Virus record (IMG/VR): IMGVR_UViG_3300044719_000048
Span: 1-64,000 of that record
Length of the DNA: 64,000 nt
Source: a virus
Taxonomy: Duplodnaviria > Caudoviricetes
Direction: 5' to 3' (one strand)
The position numbers and the translations under genes are program-made. Of this stretch, positions 45,195-54,576 are shown piece after piece (position 1 is the stretch's first letter; the number at the start of each line of letters is the position of its first letter). The notes beneath the pieces were generated by a model. That model did not search any database, was not told the origin of the DNA, and saw nothing but the letters and a program-made list of their open reading frames with translations.

Positions 45195-45719
45195 TTAGAT
45201 GACTGTGCCGCCCTTGGAGTTCTCGAGGAGCTTCAAGATGTCGGTCATATTGGACAGATGGTATCCCGTTTTATCGATGTCTTCGATCAGCGTGTCGAGG
45301 AGCTTGATCAGTGCGTCGCCTTCGTGCTGGACCTCCAATGCAGAAGCGATCATCGTTTCCGTGAACGAGTTGCGGGCCCCGACGGTCTTGAACTTTGCGC
45401 TGATACTGTCCGCGAAGTTGGTCAGCATCGAGTGCTTCATGGCCTTGCACGCTTCGTGGAGAACGTCGATCTGCTTGGAGTAGCGCACACGGATTTCGAC
45501 CAAGCGCGAACGGGCACCCATGTCGTTGGACGAAGCATCCAACAGAGATTTCGGGCTATACCGCTTATCGCCATAGAGCTTGCGCGAAGTCCTGCCAGCA
45601 TGCAAAGCCAATGCCTCTTCGGTATCCTTCTCTATGTTCAGGCGAGCCTGCACCTGCTGGACGATCTTCTTGAAACGCTTGTAGTCCGAACTCTCTCGTA
45701 TATCGCTCTTGATTCCCAT
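45195..45719 (-). CDS. helical hypothetical protein (UvsY-like position)
   Basis: AGGAG RBS; coiled-coil character. Confidence 0.7.
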   Translation of the reverse strand: MGIKSDIRESSDYKRFKKIVQQVQARLNIEKDTEEALALHAGRTSRKLYGDKRYSPKSLLDASSNDMGARSRLVEIRVRYSKQIDVLHEACKAMKHSMLTNFADSISAKFKTVGARNSFTETMIASALEVQHEGDALIKLLDTLIEDIDKTGYHLSNMTDILKLLENSKGGTVI

Positions 45720-45727
45720 GCGAGCTC

Positions 45728-46099
45728 CTATTGTTCCGTGAAGATGGTGTCGATCTCTGGATTGACCAGTGGGCTGATCGCCAGCGTCCCCTTGTTAGGG
45801 TAGTGGAAGATCACGAGGTTCTCGTCCTTGACCAACGTCTCGTGCTCAGTGGCCGGGCCCTTGTTGTTCAGGTAGGTCATCAGGTAGGAGCCGCCGTTCT
45901 TCACCTCGAACCGCGAGGTGAAGAGGAAGCCCACTCGGGCCCCCTCTACCAACGCGAAGTGAACGTCGAACATGCAGCTCACCGGAAGACGCTGGCCCAC
46001 CGTTATCTGTGCGCCTGCTGGTACAACCGTGATGGGCAGTAGCCATTGCCCGGACATCTCGTGGAAGACTCCGGGTCCACATTCTGTCAGGGCCCTCAT
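45728..46099 (-). CDS. hypothetical protein
   Basis: ATGA overlap with the clamp gene. Confidence 0.7.
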   Translation of the reverse strand: MRALTECGPGVFHEMSGQWLLPITVVPAGAQITVGQRLPVSCMFDVHFALVEGARVGFLFTSRFEVKNGGSYLMTYLNNKGPATEHETLVKDENLVIFHYPNKGTLAISPLVNPEIDTIFTEQ

Positions 46100-47157
46100 T
46101 GGTTCAACGAGAGAACGATGGTCGAGTCCTTCAACTGCACGGACAGGAATTCGTCCTTGACGAGCTTCATCTCGACGTTGGTGCCAGCTTTTCTTACCGC
46201 TTCGTCGAGGTACTCGAAGTCGATGGCGAAGTCGCAGCTCTTCGATTTGACCTTAAGCATAGCCTTAGCCGACCCTTGAACCGTAGTGACTTCCATCTTG
46301 AGCTTGCCGTCGGCCACGGAGATCTTGATTTCGGAGCGCTCTTTGGTAGCGATTGCCCTCGAATTGTCGAGGAAGGCCAGAAACTCATCCTTTGGAACTA
46401 CCAGCGACTGACCCTCCGCCTTCTTGGCAGCCTTGGCGGTTTCGATCACGTCGCCGAGCTGCAGCTCGTTCTCCTCTTCCTGAGGCAGCGACAGATTGAC
46501 CTTGACCAGCTTGTTCGATACCAGTACTGAGGCCTTGCCCAGCTCGAGGACGAACGACGAATTGCCGAAAGCGTCGAGCACCGAAGCCAGCGTGTCCAGC
46601 GGGAGCTTGAGCTCAACGTCGCCCTTGATTTCGTCGGAGTTCAGGAACGCCATGTGGTTCACGTCGTAACAGGCGACGAAGGCACCCTTCGACGTGAGCT
46701 TCAGACCGATTGGCATGAACGACGACAGCAGAGCCGTGGGCTTCAGCGCCACCGTAGAGACCGCCGACTTGATCCACGCGGCCTGTTCACCAGAGAACTC
46801 GATTTTGGTCTCGCGCTGCTCTTCTGTGGCTTCGACCTCCAATGCATCGACTGTAGCCAGCTCGCACTTGTAGGCCCCCGATTTGATGCGGCACATGGTC
46901 TTGGAGTACTCGATCTCCAGTTCCTTGCGTCCCTTCGTGGCATCGCGCAGAGCGTTCATGGAGATAGCGAAATTGCCGGCCTTACCTTCGACGGTAGCCG
47001 GCACGTTGATCGAACAGCGAGAGGTTTCCGACGAAGAGTGGATGAAGACTTTCTTGCCGTTGGAACTGACCGTGACATTACCGCTATCAGGTGCGGCCAA
47101 ACGACCAATAACGCGGAGGGCTTCCTGAATGGCGGCTGCATCTATTTTGAAGTTCAT
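46096..47157 (-). CDS. dnaN: DNA polymerase III beta-type sliding clamp
   Basis: 353 aa; MNFKI...IQEAL start; three-domain pattern; ACYDVNHMA and FAIDFEYLDEAV resemble DnaN. Confidence 0.75.
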   Translation of the reverse strand: MNFKIDAAAIQEALRVIGRLAAPDSGNVTVSSNGKKVFIHSSSETSRCSINVPATVEGKAGNFAISMNALRDATKGRKELEIEYSKTMCRIKSGAYKCELATVDALEVEATEEQRETKIEFSGEQAAWIKSAVSTVALKPTALLSSFMPIGLKLTSKGAFVACYDVNHMAFLNSDEIKGDVELKLPLDTLASVLDAFGNSSFVLELGKASVLVSNKLVKVNLSLPQEEENELQLGDVIETAKAAKKAEGQSLVVPKDEFLAFLDNSRAIATKERSEIKISVADGKLKMEVTTVQGSAKAMLKVKSKSCDFAIDFEYLDEAVRKAGTNVEMKLVKDEFLSVQLKDSTIVLSLNQ

Positions 47158-47180
47158 GTTGATCCTTGTTGGAAATCTAT

Positions 47181-47189
47181 TATTTACTG
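47181..47189 (-). promoter_or_regulatory. GTAAATA-class putative phage promoter
   Basis: CAGTAAATA between terminator and clamp RBS. Confidence 0.55.
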
Positions 47190-47231
47190 TAAAGCTGCGG
47201 TGCCTACGCTTAGAGCAATGCGTCTAAGGTC

Positions 47232-47261
47232 AAAAAGACCTGCGGTTAGGTCCGCAGGTCT
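47232..47261 (-). terminator. intrinsic terminator
   Basis: AGACCTGCGG/CCGCAGGTCT stem with T-run on the minus strand. Confidence 0.8.
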
Positions 47262-47266
47262 GTGAA

Positions 47267-48064
47267 TCAAACAACGGTCAGAGTCAGCGTGACCGGAGTG
47301 GCTTGGCCGTGTTGGTCGACCACCTGATAGTGGAAGACATAGGTACCGGCAGCGACGGGCTTGAGCTTGATGATCCTCAGGGTATTGAACTCTATGGCGC
47401 CTGCGCCAATCGTTGTCGGGTACGGCACGAGGGTGGTCTTGAACTCGCCGGACGAAGGATTGCTCACGGTCTCGATGCGCAGCGGCTGATTCTGCGATTG
47501 GGCCTTGAACAGGTTCACCCAGTTGAAGTCGAAGAAGCCGCAGCTCGCCGACAAATCGTTCATGGTCATGCTGAGGGCCCAGCGCAGCGTACCCGGCGTG
47601 ACACTCGGCGCCGGAGGCACGGCAGGAACCGTACCTTGGTCGGCGTCCATCCGAACCGAGAGATCGGTGAACAGAGGGCCGATGTTCAGGCGATAGCCCT
47701 GGCCGACCGTCGGCATGAACCACTGCATCGCGTACTGCGATTCGTCCGCCGAGACGAATGCCGAGTAACCCAGCCACGGGCGCAAATGCTCCTGGCTGTC
47801 AGGGAAGACAGCGGCCATGTATTGGAAGACCCTATGTTTCAGGTCGTCGTTCACCACGAGCTTCGGCAGAGTGACCGTCGTGATCGGGATTGCTCCGTCT
47901 GAGGTCGTGAACGACGTTTCGGTGCCGTCGAACGTTGTGGACTGAATGGTAAGCCATCCACGGATGTTTCCGTTGCCGCCGCAGATGACCGGGAGAATCG
48001 TCTGCGTCGAGGGCGCGTCTAAGGGTTGACCAACAACATTGTCGGTCGCAAAAGGGTTTTTCAT
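47267..48064 (-). CDS. putative virion protein with Ig-like C-terminus
   Basis: GTYVFHYQVVDQHG...VTLTLTV; downstream of an AATTTNA motif. Confidence 0.55.
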   Translation of the reverse strand: MKNPFATDNVVGQPLDAPSTQTILPVICGGNGNIRGWLTIQSTTFDGTETSFTTSDGAIPITTVTLPKLVVNDDLKHRVFQYMAAVFPDSQEHLRPWLGYSAFVSADESQYAMQWFMPTVGQGYRLNIGPLFTDLSVRMDADQGTVPAVPPAPSVTPGTLRWALSMTMNDLSASCGFFDFNWVNLFKAQSQNQPLRIETVSNPSSGEFKTTLVPYPTTIGAGAIEFNTLRIIKLKPVAAGTYVFHYQVVDQHGQATPVTLTLTVV

Positions 48065-48415
48065 TTAGTTCTCCAGTTGGACTACAGCGAATCGTATCTC
48101 CGTACCACTACAGGTTAACCCGCAGATGCACTGCCCCTCAGATGGGTCTGGCTGTGTCACCAGCGAAGGATCAGTCGTCGACTCGTCGGTGTTGTCGACG
48201 TTCAGGACACGGGCCTTTATTCGCACTGCAGTCGACAGTACCTGTGAAGGAAATTCTTTGTACGGCATCGAAGGGGCGCTGACCGGAAAACTGTAGAGCT
48301 CGGCGTAGTCTATGGCCCAAGGTTGATTGAATCCTTCCCCGTCGAAGACCAGTGTGTTCGGAGCGACAGCCAGCTGGGCAGTAGCCCCTGAGGGTAGTTG
48401 AACTGTAAGTAGCAT
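48065..48415 (-). CDS. hypothetical, probably virion protein
   Basis: AGGAGG RBS; AATTTNA motif directly upstream. Confidence 0.65.
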   Translation of the reverse strand: MLLTVQLPSGATAQLAVAPNTLVFDGEGFNQPWAIDYAELYSFPVSAPSMPYKEFPSQVLSTAVRIKARVLNVDNTDESTTDPSLVTQPDPSEGQCICGLTCSGTEIRFAVVQLEN

Positions 48416-48429
48416 CGAAACCTCCTGGG

Positions 48430-48438
48430 GTTAAATTG
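48430..48438 (-). promoter_or_regulatory. AATTTNA-class putative late promoter
   Basis: CAATTTAAC on the minus strand, overlapping the upstream stop codon. Confidence 0.45.
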
Positions 48439-49138
48439 ACTTCTTGGAGCTCGACTTGAATAAGTACATGATCTCGAAGGGCTCTACGCCGTGAGCCTTA
48501 GCCACCTGCTCCTCATCGCCGATCTTCCTGTAGTCGGCCACGGCGTCGCGCAGGGTCTGGCATTTCTGGTCTTTCATCAGCTCACGGAGGCGGTCGAGTT
48601 TGTAGGATGACTGGAGCTTCTGGCGCAGTTTCGTTGCCGACTCGGTGCCTGCCAGATAGGAGATGACAAGGGCCTGCACCGAGCGCTTTAGTTCGTACGG
48701 CGTCAGCTTGTAGATCTCGGCCTGCACGTGATTCAAGAACGAAGGCTTAGTGGCCTTATGCACGAAGTCCTCCATCGTCGGCTCTCGGACCTCTAACTTC
48801 CAGTCAGTGGGCAGTGGGTTGTTCACCGCATACTCCAGACTGGCTCGTAGATGGTTGCGCCAATCCTTGATGACCCGAATGTTGGTGGACTGGAGCTCAG
48901 CCAGCGAACCGCAGACGAACATGATCTGTTTTTCGTCTGGTATGCGCTGCCGCTTGAAGACCGTTATGGAAGGCACTATGACTGGTAGCGCCGGTTGTCT
49001 GTACCCCATGTTCTTGAGGCGGGGCACCGCCCGCAAGGAGTTGTCGACCACTACGTGGCTTACGTTGAGGGCCGAGAGCTCAGCGCTCAACTGCATTGGG
49101 GAAGCCAACACCCCATAGATTTGGATCAGGTTTTTCAT
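48431..49138 (-). CDS. hypothetical protein
   Basis: 235-aa ORF coupled by ATGA overlap. Confidence 0.75.
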   Translation of the reverse strand: MKNLIQIYGVLASPMQLSAELSALNVSHVVVDNSLRAVPRLKNMGYRQPALPVIVPSITVFKRQRIPDEKQIMFVCGSLAELQSTNIRVIKDWRNHLRASLEYAVNNPLPTDWKLEVREPTMEDFVHKATKPSFLNHVQAEIYKLTPYELKRSVQALVISYLAGTESATKLRQKLQSSYKLDRLRELMKDQKCQTLRDAVADYRKIGDEEQVAKAHGVEPFEIMYLFKSSSKKSI

Positions 49139-49911
49139 TTCTTGAAGAGGCTCCTTCGACTCTCTTTGTAGGCATCGTTAATACGGTCGCATGCTGTCTC
49201 GAATATAGCCTTGTCTTTTTCGATGCCCACGAATTTGCGTCCAGTTCGTACGCACGCGACACCTGTGGTGCCGGACCCCATACAGTTGTCCAACACGCGC
49301 GCACTCTCTTTCGTGTAGGAGCGAATAAGCCACGCGCACAGGTCCACGGGCTTCTGCGTTGGGTGCACCCGTTCTGCTGAGCTATTGTTCACAACGTTGA
49401 ACTGCAGAACGCTCTGTGGATGACGATCCGTGTTGCCGCCCTTATACACGTTCTTTGCAGCCTGTGATCCATAGTTGCCTGTAGCGTTTCTGCGCACAGC
49501 GGCTGCCGCCTGTCGATGACCTTGAGTCTTCTGGGAGTTGTAGGTGGCCAGCTTCCTGTAGAAGACCAAGATGGATTCGTGATACCGCATGGGCATCTTC
49601 TTGGCGTTCATGTGACCACTTCCCTTGTTCTTATGCCAGACCAGATCGTACTTGAAGTACTTCAATTGGCTGCACACAAGCAGAGAGGTGAAGGGTTGGG
49701 CTGCAAACTGGATGATGGCTCCATCGCGCATTAGCCTCCAGTACTCAGGCCATAGCTGATCGAAGTCCAGAATAGAGTCCCACGCGTTAGCAGTTGTTCC
49801 ATACGGTAGGTCACATAGAACTAGGTCGATCTTCTTGGCAGGAAATCTAGGCATGACTTTCAGACAGTCACCTCGAATCAGCAGATGAGGTCCGATCTTG
49901 ACTTTCTTCAT
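49135..49911 (-). CDS. DNA methyltransferase (N6-A/N4-C, beta class)
   Basis: GDCL, DLPY, HPTQKP, VLDNCMGSGTT. Confidence 0.92.
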   Translation of the reverse strand: MKKVKIGPHLLIRGDCLKVMPRFPAKKIDLVLCDLPYGTTANAWDSILDFDQLWPEYWRLMRDGAIIQFAAQPFTSLLVCSQLKYFKYDLVWHKNKGSGHMNAKKMPMRYHESILVFYRKLATYNSQKTQGHRQAAAAVRRNATGNYGSQAAKNVYKGGNTDRHPQSVLQFNVVNNSSAERVHPTQKPVDLCAWLIRSYTKESARVLDNCMGSGTTGVACVRTGRKFVGIEKDKAIFETACDRINDAYKESRRSLFKK

Positions 49912-49919
49912 GTGCTCCC

Positions 49920-52163
49920 TTATTTTATTGTCTTCGGGTGGCCTTTGACGATTCGCGCCTCTCCCTTTTCTTTCAGGACAGTGAACTCTTGTGCACCTTC
50001 GTATCGCTCATCAGTGCGTGGCGTGATAACGATGATTGAGGGAATGACCTTCAACAGCAGAGGCAGGAGCTTGCGGAAAGCCTCAGTCGTGTCGGCCGAG
50101 AAATTGGCAGTCGGCTCGTCGAGAATCAGCACGTTGGATCGCTTCTTCTGTGGAACGAACGACAAGTGAGCCAGCATCAAGATGATCGTATAGAGCTTCG
50201 ACTCTGCACCGCTGAGTTTCCGCACATCGGAAGTCAGGACCTTCAGCTTCTTGCCGACTCGATACTTGCGCGTCACCGTAAGAGATAGCTTTGATGACTC
50301 CCACTGGAAACCGAAATCATAGTCCTCAGGGAATACCAGCTTGGCGTACTTGTTGACCTCGTCCATTAGACGTTTCGAGATGGCTTTGACCGCCATCCGC
50401 TTGATCGACTTGTCGGAGTAGGCTTCGACCAAGAGCTTCAAAGGCTCTTCGTTGACCAGCTCTTCCTTCATCTCGAGCAAGCGCTTGCGATGCTTACCCA
50501 GTGATTCGCAGACCATCGCGTTGACTTCCAGACGAGAGCGTACCTTCGACAGCTTCTCGTGGATTTCGGTGATGCGGGTCTGGAGCTTTGGTGCAATGGA
50601 AGCCGCGTTTCTCTGCTTGTCGGTCAACTCGCGGAGCTGCTTGAGATTCTCAAGGTTGGGCTCGATGAACTCCAAGAGCTCTATCTGCGCACGGTCCTCT
50701 TCGACCATGCGCTCGCATACGTTGACCTCCAGCTTACGGCCCTCGAATGGCTCAGGAGCCGACGGCAGGTCGCGTAGCTCCCGTCCGATCTTGCGGTAGC
50801 GTTTAGCCTTCTCGATACGAGTCTCAAGACCGCTGATCTCCGCGTCCGCCTTTTCGTATTCAGCTCGCTGCTTCTTGTAGCGTACTTTAAGATCTTCGTA
50901 CTCATCCCACAGGTCGATCAATTCCAGTGAGGCTTCGATCTCTTTGATTTGGGACTTGAGCTTCTTGGGGTCGCGAACCTTCACTTCTTGACCGCAAGAG
51001 TCACACGTGCCGGTCTTGAATTTCAGCGCGTGCTCTAAGCGATGCTCCAGCGAATCCAGCCGAGCCCGTAGCTCTTTCTTGGACTCGGAGGGACGACCCT
51101 CATTTGGCTTTTCTGGCTTCTCTGGTTTGTGGTCCAGCGCCTTCTGACAGGCTTCCAGTTCCGAAGTCAGTTCAGGCAGCTTGTCTGCGGCATCACTGCA
51201 CTTGCGGGCAGCTTTCTTGAACCCATACTTATTGATCAGCTTCTTCGCGTCGTTCGACAGTGCGTCGTGCGCTTTGTGGTACTTGCGAGAATCGCGTTGA
51301 TAGTCTTCCCACTCACGGGCATCTTTGAGCTTGGCTTTGTCGTCGCTAAGGTTTGCCTGAGCGTCTTTGTATATGGCCTCGAACTCTTTGAGGTCCGGGC
51401 ACAGGCTGTTGAAGCGCTCAATCTGCTTGGCGGCCGACTGCTCGAAAGCCAGCAGCTGGGCGATGGTTTGCAACCTCAGGTTCTTGCGGTTCAGGTCCTC
51501 CAGTTCAGACTCGTAGTCCTTTGCCTTCTGCTCGAGTTCCAGACGCTTCTCTTTCGGAAGAGCCTTCTCCTTGTCAGCATCGAATACAGCCTTGAGCTCA
51601 CGATAGGCGGCTCGCGTGCGCTTGAGCTTGGAGAGCTCGGCCTCGAACAGACGACGCTCCACATCGATCTTGTCTAAGCCGAATGCCTCTGTGAAGAACT
51701 TCTTCCGCTCAGTGGAGGAACCCATGACCAGAGGATGAGGTACGCGAGCATCCAGAAAGCCATAGGTGTTGAACTCCGTCTGGCTCATGGGCAAGTGGGA
51801 CCTCAGCCACTTCTGAGCATCCGGCTTCTTGCGAAATTCCTTGGGCTTCCCGTCAACGATGATCTCGAGCTTGGTGTTCTTGCGCACCACGTCGACCACA
51901 CGCTTGCCCAGCTTCAAGCGCACCTGGCGCGTGCCGTGCTTAACCGTGTCTTCCTTGAGGCCGACAATCGGCTCCTCATAGAGGATCTCGCCAATGCTGG
52001 CGAAGGCCGAGCTCTTGCCGGCACCGTTGGCTTGCATGGACTTCCTGCCGTTGGTACGGTTCAGGCCGTAGACGACGGACAGACCAGGTGGGATCTCGAA
52101 CTGCACGTCTTTGAACAGCAGCGTGTCCTTCAGACCAAAGCTGTGGATGTGTTGACCGCTCAT
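49920..52163 (-). CDS. sbcC: SbcC/Rad50-like recombination ATPase
   Basis: NGAGKSS Walker A, coiled coil with CDSC hook, LSGAE signature, LILDEP. Confidence 0.9.
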   Translation of the reverse strand: MSGQHIHSFGLKDTLLFKDVQFEIPPGLSVVYGLNRTNGRKSMQANGAGKSSAFASIGEILYEEPIVGLKEDTVKHGTRQVRLKLGKRVVDVVRKNTKLEIIVDGKPKEFRKKPDAQKWLRSHLPMSQTEFNTYGFLDARVPHPLVMGSSTERKKFFTEAFGLDKIDVERRLFEAELSKLKRTRAAYRELKAVFDADKEKALPKEKRLELEQKAKDYESELEDLNRKNLRLQTIAQLLAFEQSAAKQIERFNSLCPDLKEFEAIYKDAQANLSDDKAKLKDAREWEDYQRDSRKYHKAHDALSNDAKKLINKYGFKKAARKCSDAADKLPELTSELEACQKALDHKPEKPEKPNEGRPSESKKELRARLDSLEHRLEHALKFKTGTCDSCGQEVKVRDPKKLKSQIKEIEASLELIDLWDEYEDLKVRYKKQRAEYEKADAEISGLETRIEKAKRYRKIGRELRDLPSAPEPFEGRKLEVNVCERMVEEDRAQIELLEFIEPNLENLKQLRELTDKQRNAASIAPKLQTRITEIHEKLSKVRSRLEVNAMVCESLGKHRKRLLEMKEELVNEEPLKLLVEAYSDKSIKRMAVKAISKRLMDEVNKYAKLVFPEDYDFGFQWESSKLSLTVTRKYRVGKKLKVLTSDVRKLSGAESKLYTIILMLAHLSFVPQKKRSNVLILDEPTANFSADTTEAFRKLLPLLLKVIPSIIVITPRTDERYEGAQEFTVLKEKGEARIVKGHPKTIK

Positions 52164-52444
52164 TTTGTTCCTGAGTCCTCTGTCGGCTTCCTAAGAAGAG
52201 CCATCCATTCGGCTGACGTTATTTCAGTGGCGACTTGATCCTTCGGTATGCACCTGAAGGTAATGTCGAAGTGAACCACGTCTTGGTTTGTCGCACGGCC
52301 AGGTGGTGGATCGACGCTAATCGGATACACGAGGTGGTTGGTCTCCTCTGCCCATTTTTCGACTTCGGCTTTCATTTCCATGAACCGTTCAAGGGACAGT
52401 GTAGTCCCCATGAACGGAGACATGATTTCGCGTAGAGTCTGCAT
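52160..52444 (-). CDS. hypothetical protein
   Basis: GAGG RBS; coupled. Confidence 0.7.
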   Translation of the reverse strand: MQTLREIMSPFMGTTLSLERFMEMKAEVEKWAEETNHLVYPISVDPPPGRATNQDVVHFDITFRCIPKDQVATEITSAEWMALLRKPTEDSGTK

Positions 52445-52446
52445 GC

Positions 52447-52965
52447 TTACCTCTTGTTTGGTGTGGCGGCTATGGTGGCGACAGTGTTCGACAACTCCAG
52501 CTCTTCCAAGCTCTTAGCCGAAGTAGTAGGATCGTTGTGAGCCCAGATGACTTTGTTGACTGCCGAGGCACACGGTGCGCGCATGACCTGCATCTCCAGC
52601 AGAAACGATGCCATCTGGCGTACCAGCCTGTAGTTGATGTCGGCGAACTGTGCAGACTGGCAATGAAAAAACAGGGCCTGGTCGCCGCCCTCGGCACGTA
52701 CGTATGCCAGTTCTCGGCGCAACTGGAGTAACTGACGCTGTATGTAAGAGGCAGAACCCTCACCGACCTGCCGGTTATCGACAAGATCGAGTGAGAGTTC
52801 TGAGGCGTCAGCTCCGCACGCCTCGAAGGCCCTTACGTACTGTTCGCATACTTCCGGGTATCTCTGTGCCATCTGGTAGGTCTTCGGGTCACGATCCTCT
52901 GACAACAGAGCAAGAACCCCGAACAGGGCTCCTGCCGCAAGGAAACCGCCTAAAGCGATTCTCAT
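52447..52965 (-). CDS. N-terminally anchored/exported hypothetical protein
   Basis: MRIALGGFLAAGALFGVLALL; paired cysteines. Confidence 0.7.
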   Translation of the reverse strand: MRIALGGFLAAGALFGVLALLSEDRDPKTYQMAQRYPEVCEQYVRAFEACGADASELSLDLVDNRQVGEGSASYIQRQLLQLRRELAYVRAEGGDQALFFHCQSAQFADINYRLVRQMASFLLEMQVMRAPCASAVNKVIWAHNDPTTSAKSLEELELSNTVATIAATPNKR

Positions 52966-54059
52966 TTTTGTAGGTCCTTGATCAGACGGTAGAGTTTGGC
53001 ACTCAGCATCTCTTCCGGCGACATCTGGAAAGTCGATGCCTGCGCGCGAGCCTCAACGATGGTGGCGTTGACAGCGGCTAAGGTCCCGAGAGTGATCTTC
53101 AGCTTCGACGCATCCTTGATCAGCTGGTAGCCATGTTTGTTGGTCCAAGCCTTACGATGCTTGGCGCCCTCCAGCACAGCGTTGTTCAACACAGCGTTGT
53201 TCATCCACTGCAGCTTGGTCACGAAGTGGAAGCCATCCTGCACGTCCAGCAGGCAACGCATGACCTGTTTGAACTGCATCTGATAGATGGCAAGCATGGT
53301 CCGATAAGCCAGTTCGTCATCCGACGACTCAGTGGATTTTAAGACCTGATTGATGTGCTCCTCGCTCAGCTGCTTCGGCTTCTTTTCCAAGCCTTCGTAG
53401 TACTGCTGGAGGGCCTCCATCGTGTTTGCGAGGCTACGCATGTCGGTCACGGACTTCGCGACGGACTTGATGACCTTGTTGTCATCGCCCATCACGTACT
53501 TCATCTCCTCGGCCTTGGCAATCCGTAGGCCTTGCTTGTACAGGTCGTTGGTAGTGTGCTCCTCCAACACGAACTGGTTGCAGCGCTTGAGGAAGGCCCT
53601 GCCGGTCTCGGAGGCTTGGAACTTGGAAGGTTCCATAGAGCACAAGATAAACAGCGTGTTGGCTGGCGGCTCCTCCAGGTCCTTGAGGAAGGCATTCGCC
53701 GCCTGACCATTGGACAGCAGACCCTGAGCCTCGTCGATCACGATGACTCTTTTCTTGTGCTGGGGCTTGAAACGTGCGGTCTGTCGCCACTTGGCAACGT
53801 CCTCCATCGTCTTCTGTGCAGAGGCATTGACCTCCGAATAGTCGCGCGACTCACCGATGGACTTCAGCCCGTTGATGTCGGCTGCGAATGCTCGGGCCAG
53901 CGTGGTCTTGCCTGCACCAGAGGGTCCGAAGAAGGCCATGGCCGTCGGAACCTTCCCTGAATCGACCATCCCTTTCAGTCGCGTCACTGCCGCGTCGTGT
54001 CCGATGACTCGTGCCAGATTCTTGGGGCGGTACTTCAAGTGAAAACCTGTGTGACTCAT
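52962..54059 (-). CDS. dnaX: clamp loader ATPase, DnaX (gamma/tau)-like
   Basis: KYRP...VIGH, GPSGAGKTT, EVNAS, IDEAQ, LKDLEEPP. Confidence 0.88.
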   Translation of the reverse strand: MSHTGFHLKYRPKNLARVIGHDAAVTRLKGMVDSGKVPTAMAFFGPSGAGKTTLARAFAADINGLKSIGESRDYSEVNASAQKTMEDVAKWRQTARFKPQHKKRVIVIDEAQGLLSNGQAANAFLKDLEEPPANTLFILCSMEPSKFQASETGRAFLKRCNQFVLEEHTTNDLYKQGLRIAKAEEMKYVMGDDNKVIKSVAKSVTDMRSLANTMEALQQYYEGLEKKPKQLSEEHINQVLKSTESSDDELAYRTMLAIYQMQFKQVMRCLLDVQDGFHFVTKLQWMNNAVLNNAVLEGAKHRKAWTNKHGYQLIKDASKLKITLGTLAAVNATIVEARAQASTFQMSPEEMLSAKLYRLIKDLQK

Positions 54060-54382
54060 TTATTGTCCTTCAGTTGGGTTAAACGTTTGGTTGCATACTC
54101 CTGCATATATTTACGAGTCTTATACGAAGGGTAATGCAAACCTTCGTGCCACTGAATGGCTTCACCTAGTCGGCAGTCTCCTATCAAGACGCACTTGCCT
54201 TTCAGGTGGATCTTGATTCGTACTTTCAGTTGACTTGGATATAGGTGGACCTCCATATCATAGCCATCGTACTGGAAGACTTCGAGGTTGCCATTCTTGT
54301 GCACTACAGGTAATGCGGGATCGGGTACGTCGCACCCGAGTAGCCTACACAGCCAGCGCTTCAGCTTCGTTTTCGCTTCCAT
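54056..54382 (-). CDS. hypothetical protein
   Basis: GGAGG RBS. Confidence 0.65.
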   Translation of the reverse strand: MEAKTKLKRWLCRLLGCDVPDPALPVVHKNGNLEVFQYDGYDMEVHLYPSQLKVRIKIHLKGKCVLIGDCRLGEAIQWHEGLHYPSYKTRKYMQEYATKRLTQLKDNK

Positions 54383-54576
54383 AATGTCAGTTCCTCCTTC
54401 ATGAATCGGTGGACGGATGCCGATGCGCTCTCATACAGCTTCTGCTTCGCTTCGCTGGCCTTTGTATCACCCAGCTCAGCAGTCTCCGTCACGGAGATGG
54501 TGACGGGCTCGAATTGAGCGGCTTGCACAACTTTGGTTACGGTAACAGATACGGTCTTACGTTTCATGATTATCAC
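54361..54576 (-). CDS. hypothetical protein
   Basis: Coupled to the nuclease stop codon. Confidence 0.65.
   Translation of the reverse strand: MIIMKRKTVSVTVTKVVQAAQFEPVTISVTETAELGDTKASEAKQKLYESASASVHRFMKEELTLWKRKRS

Noticed and set aside
40690-53960. Plus-strand ORFs over the replication block (e.g. 40690-41868)
   Set aside because: Shadows of clear minus-strand genes such as dnaB, clamp and sbcC
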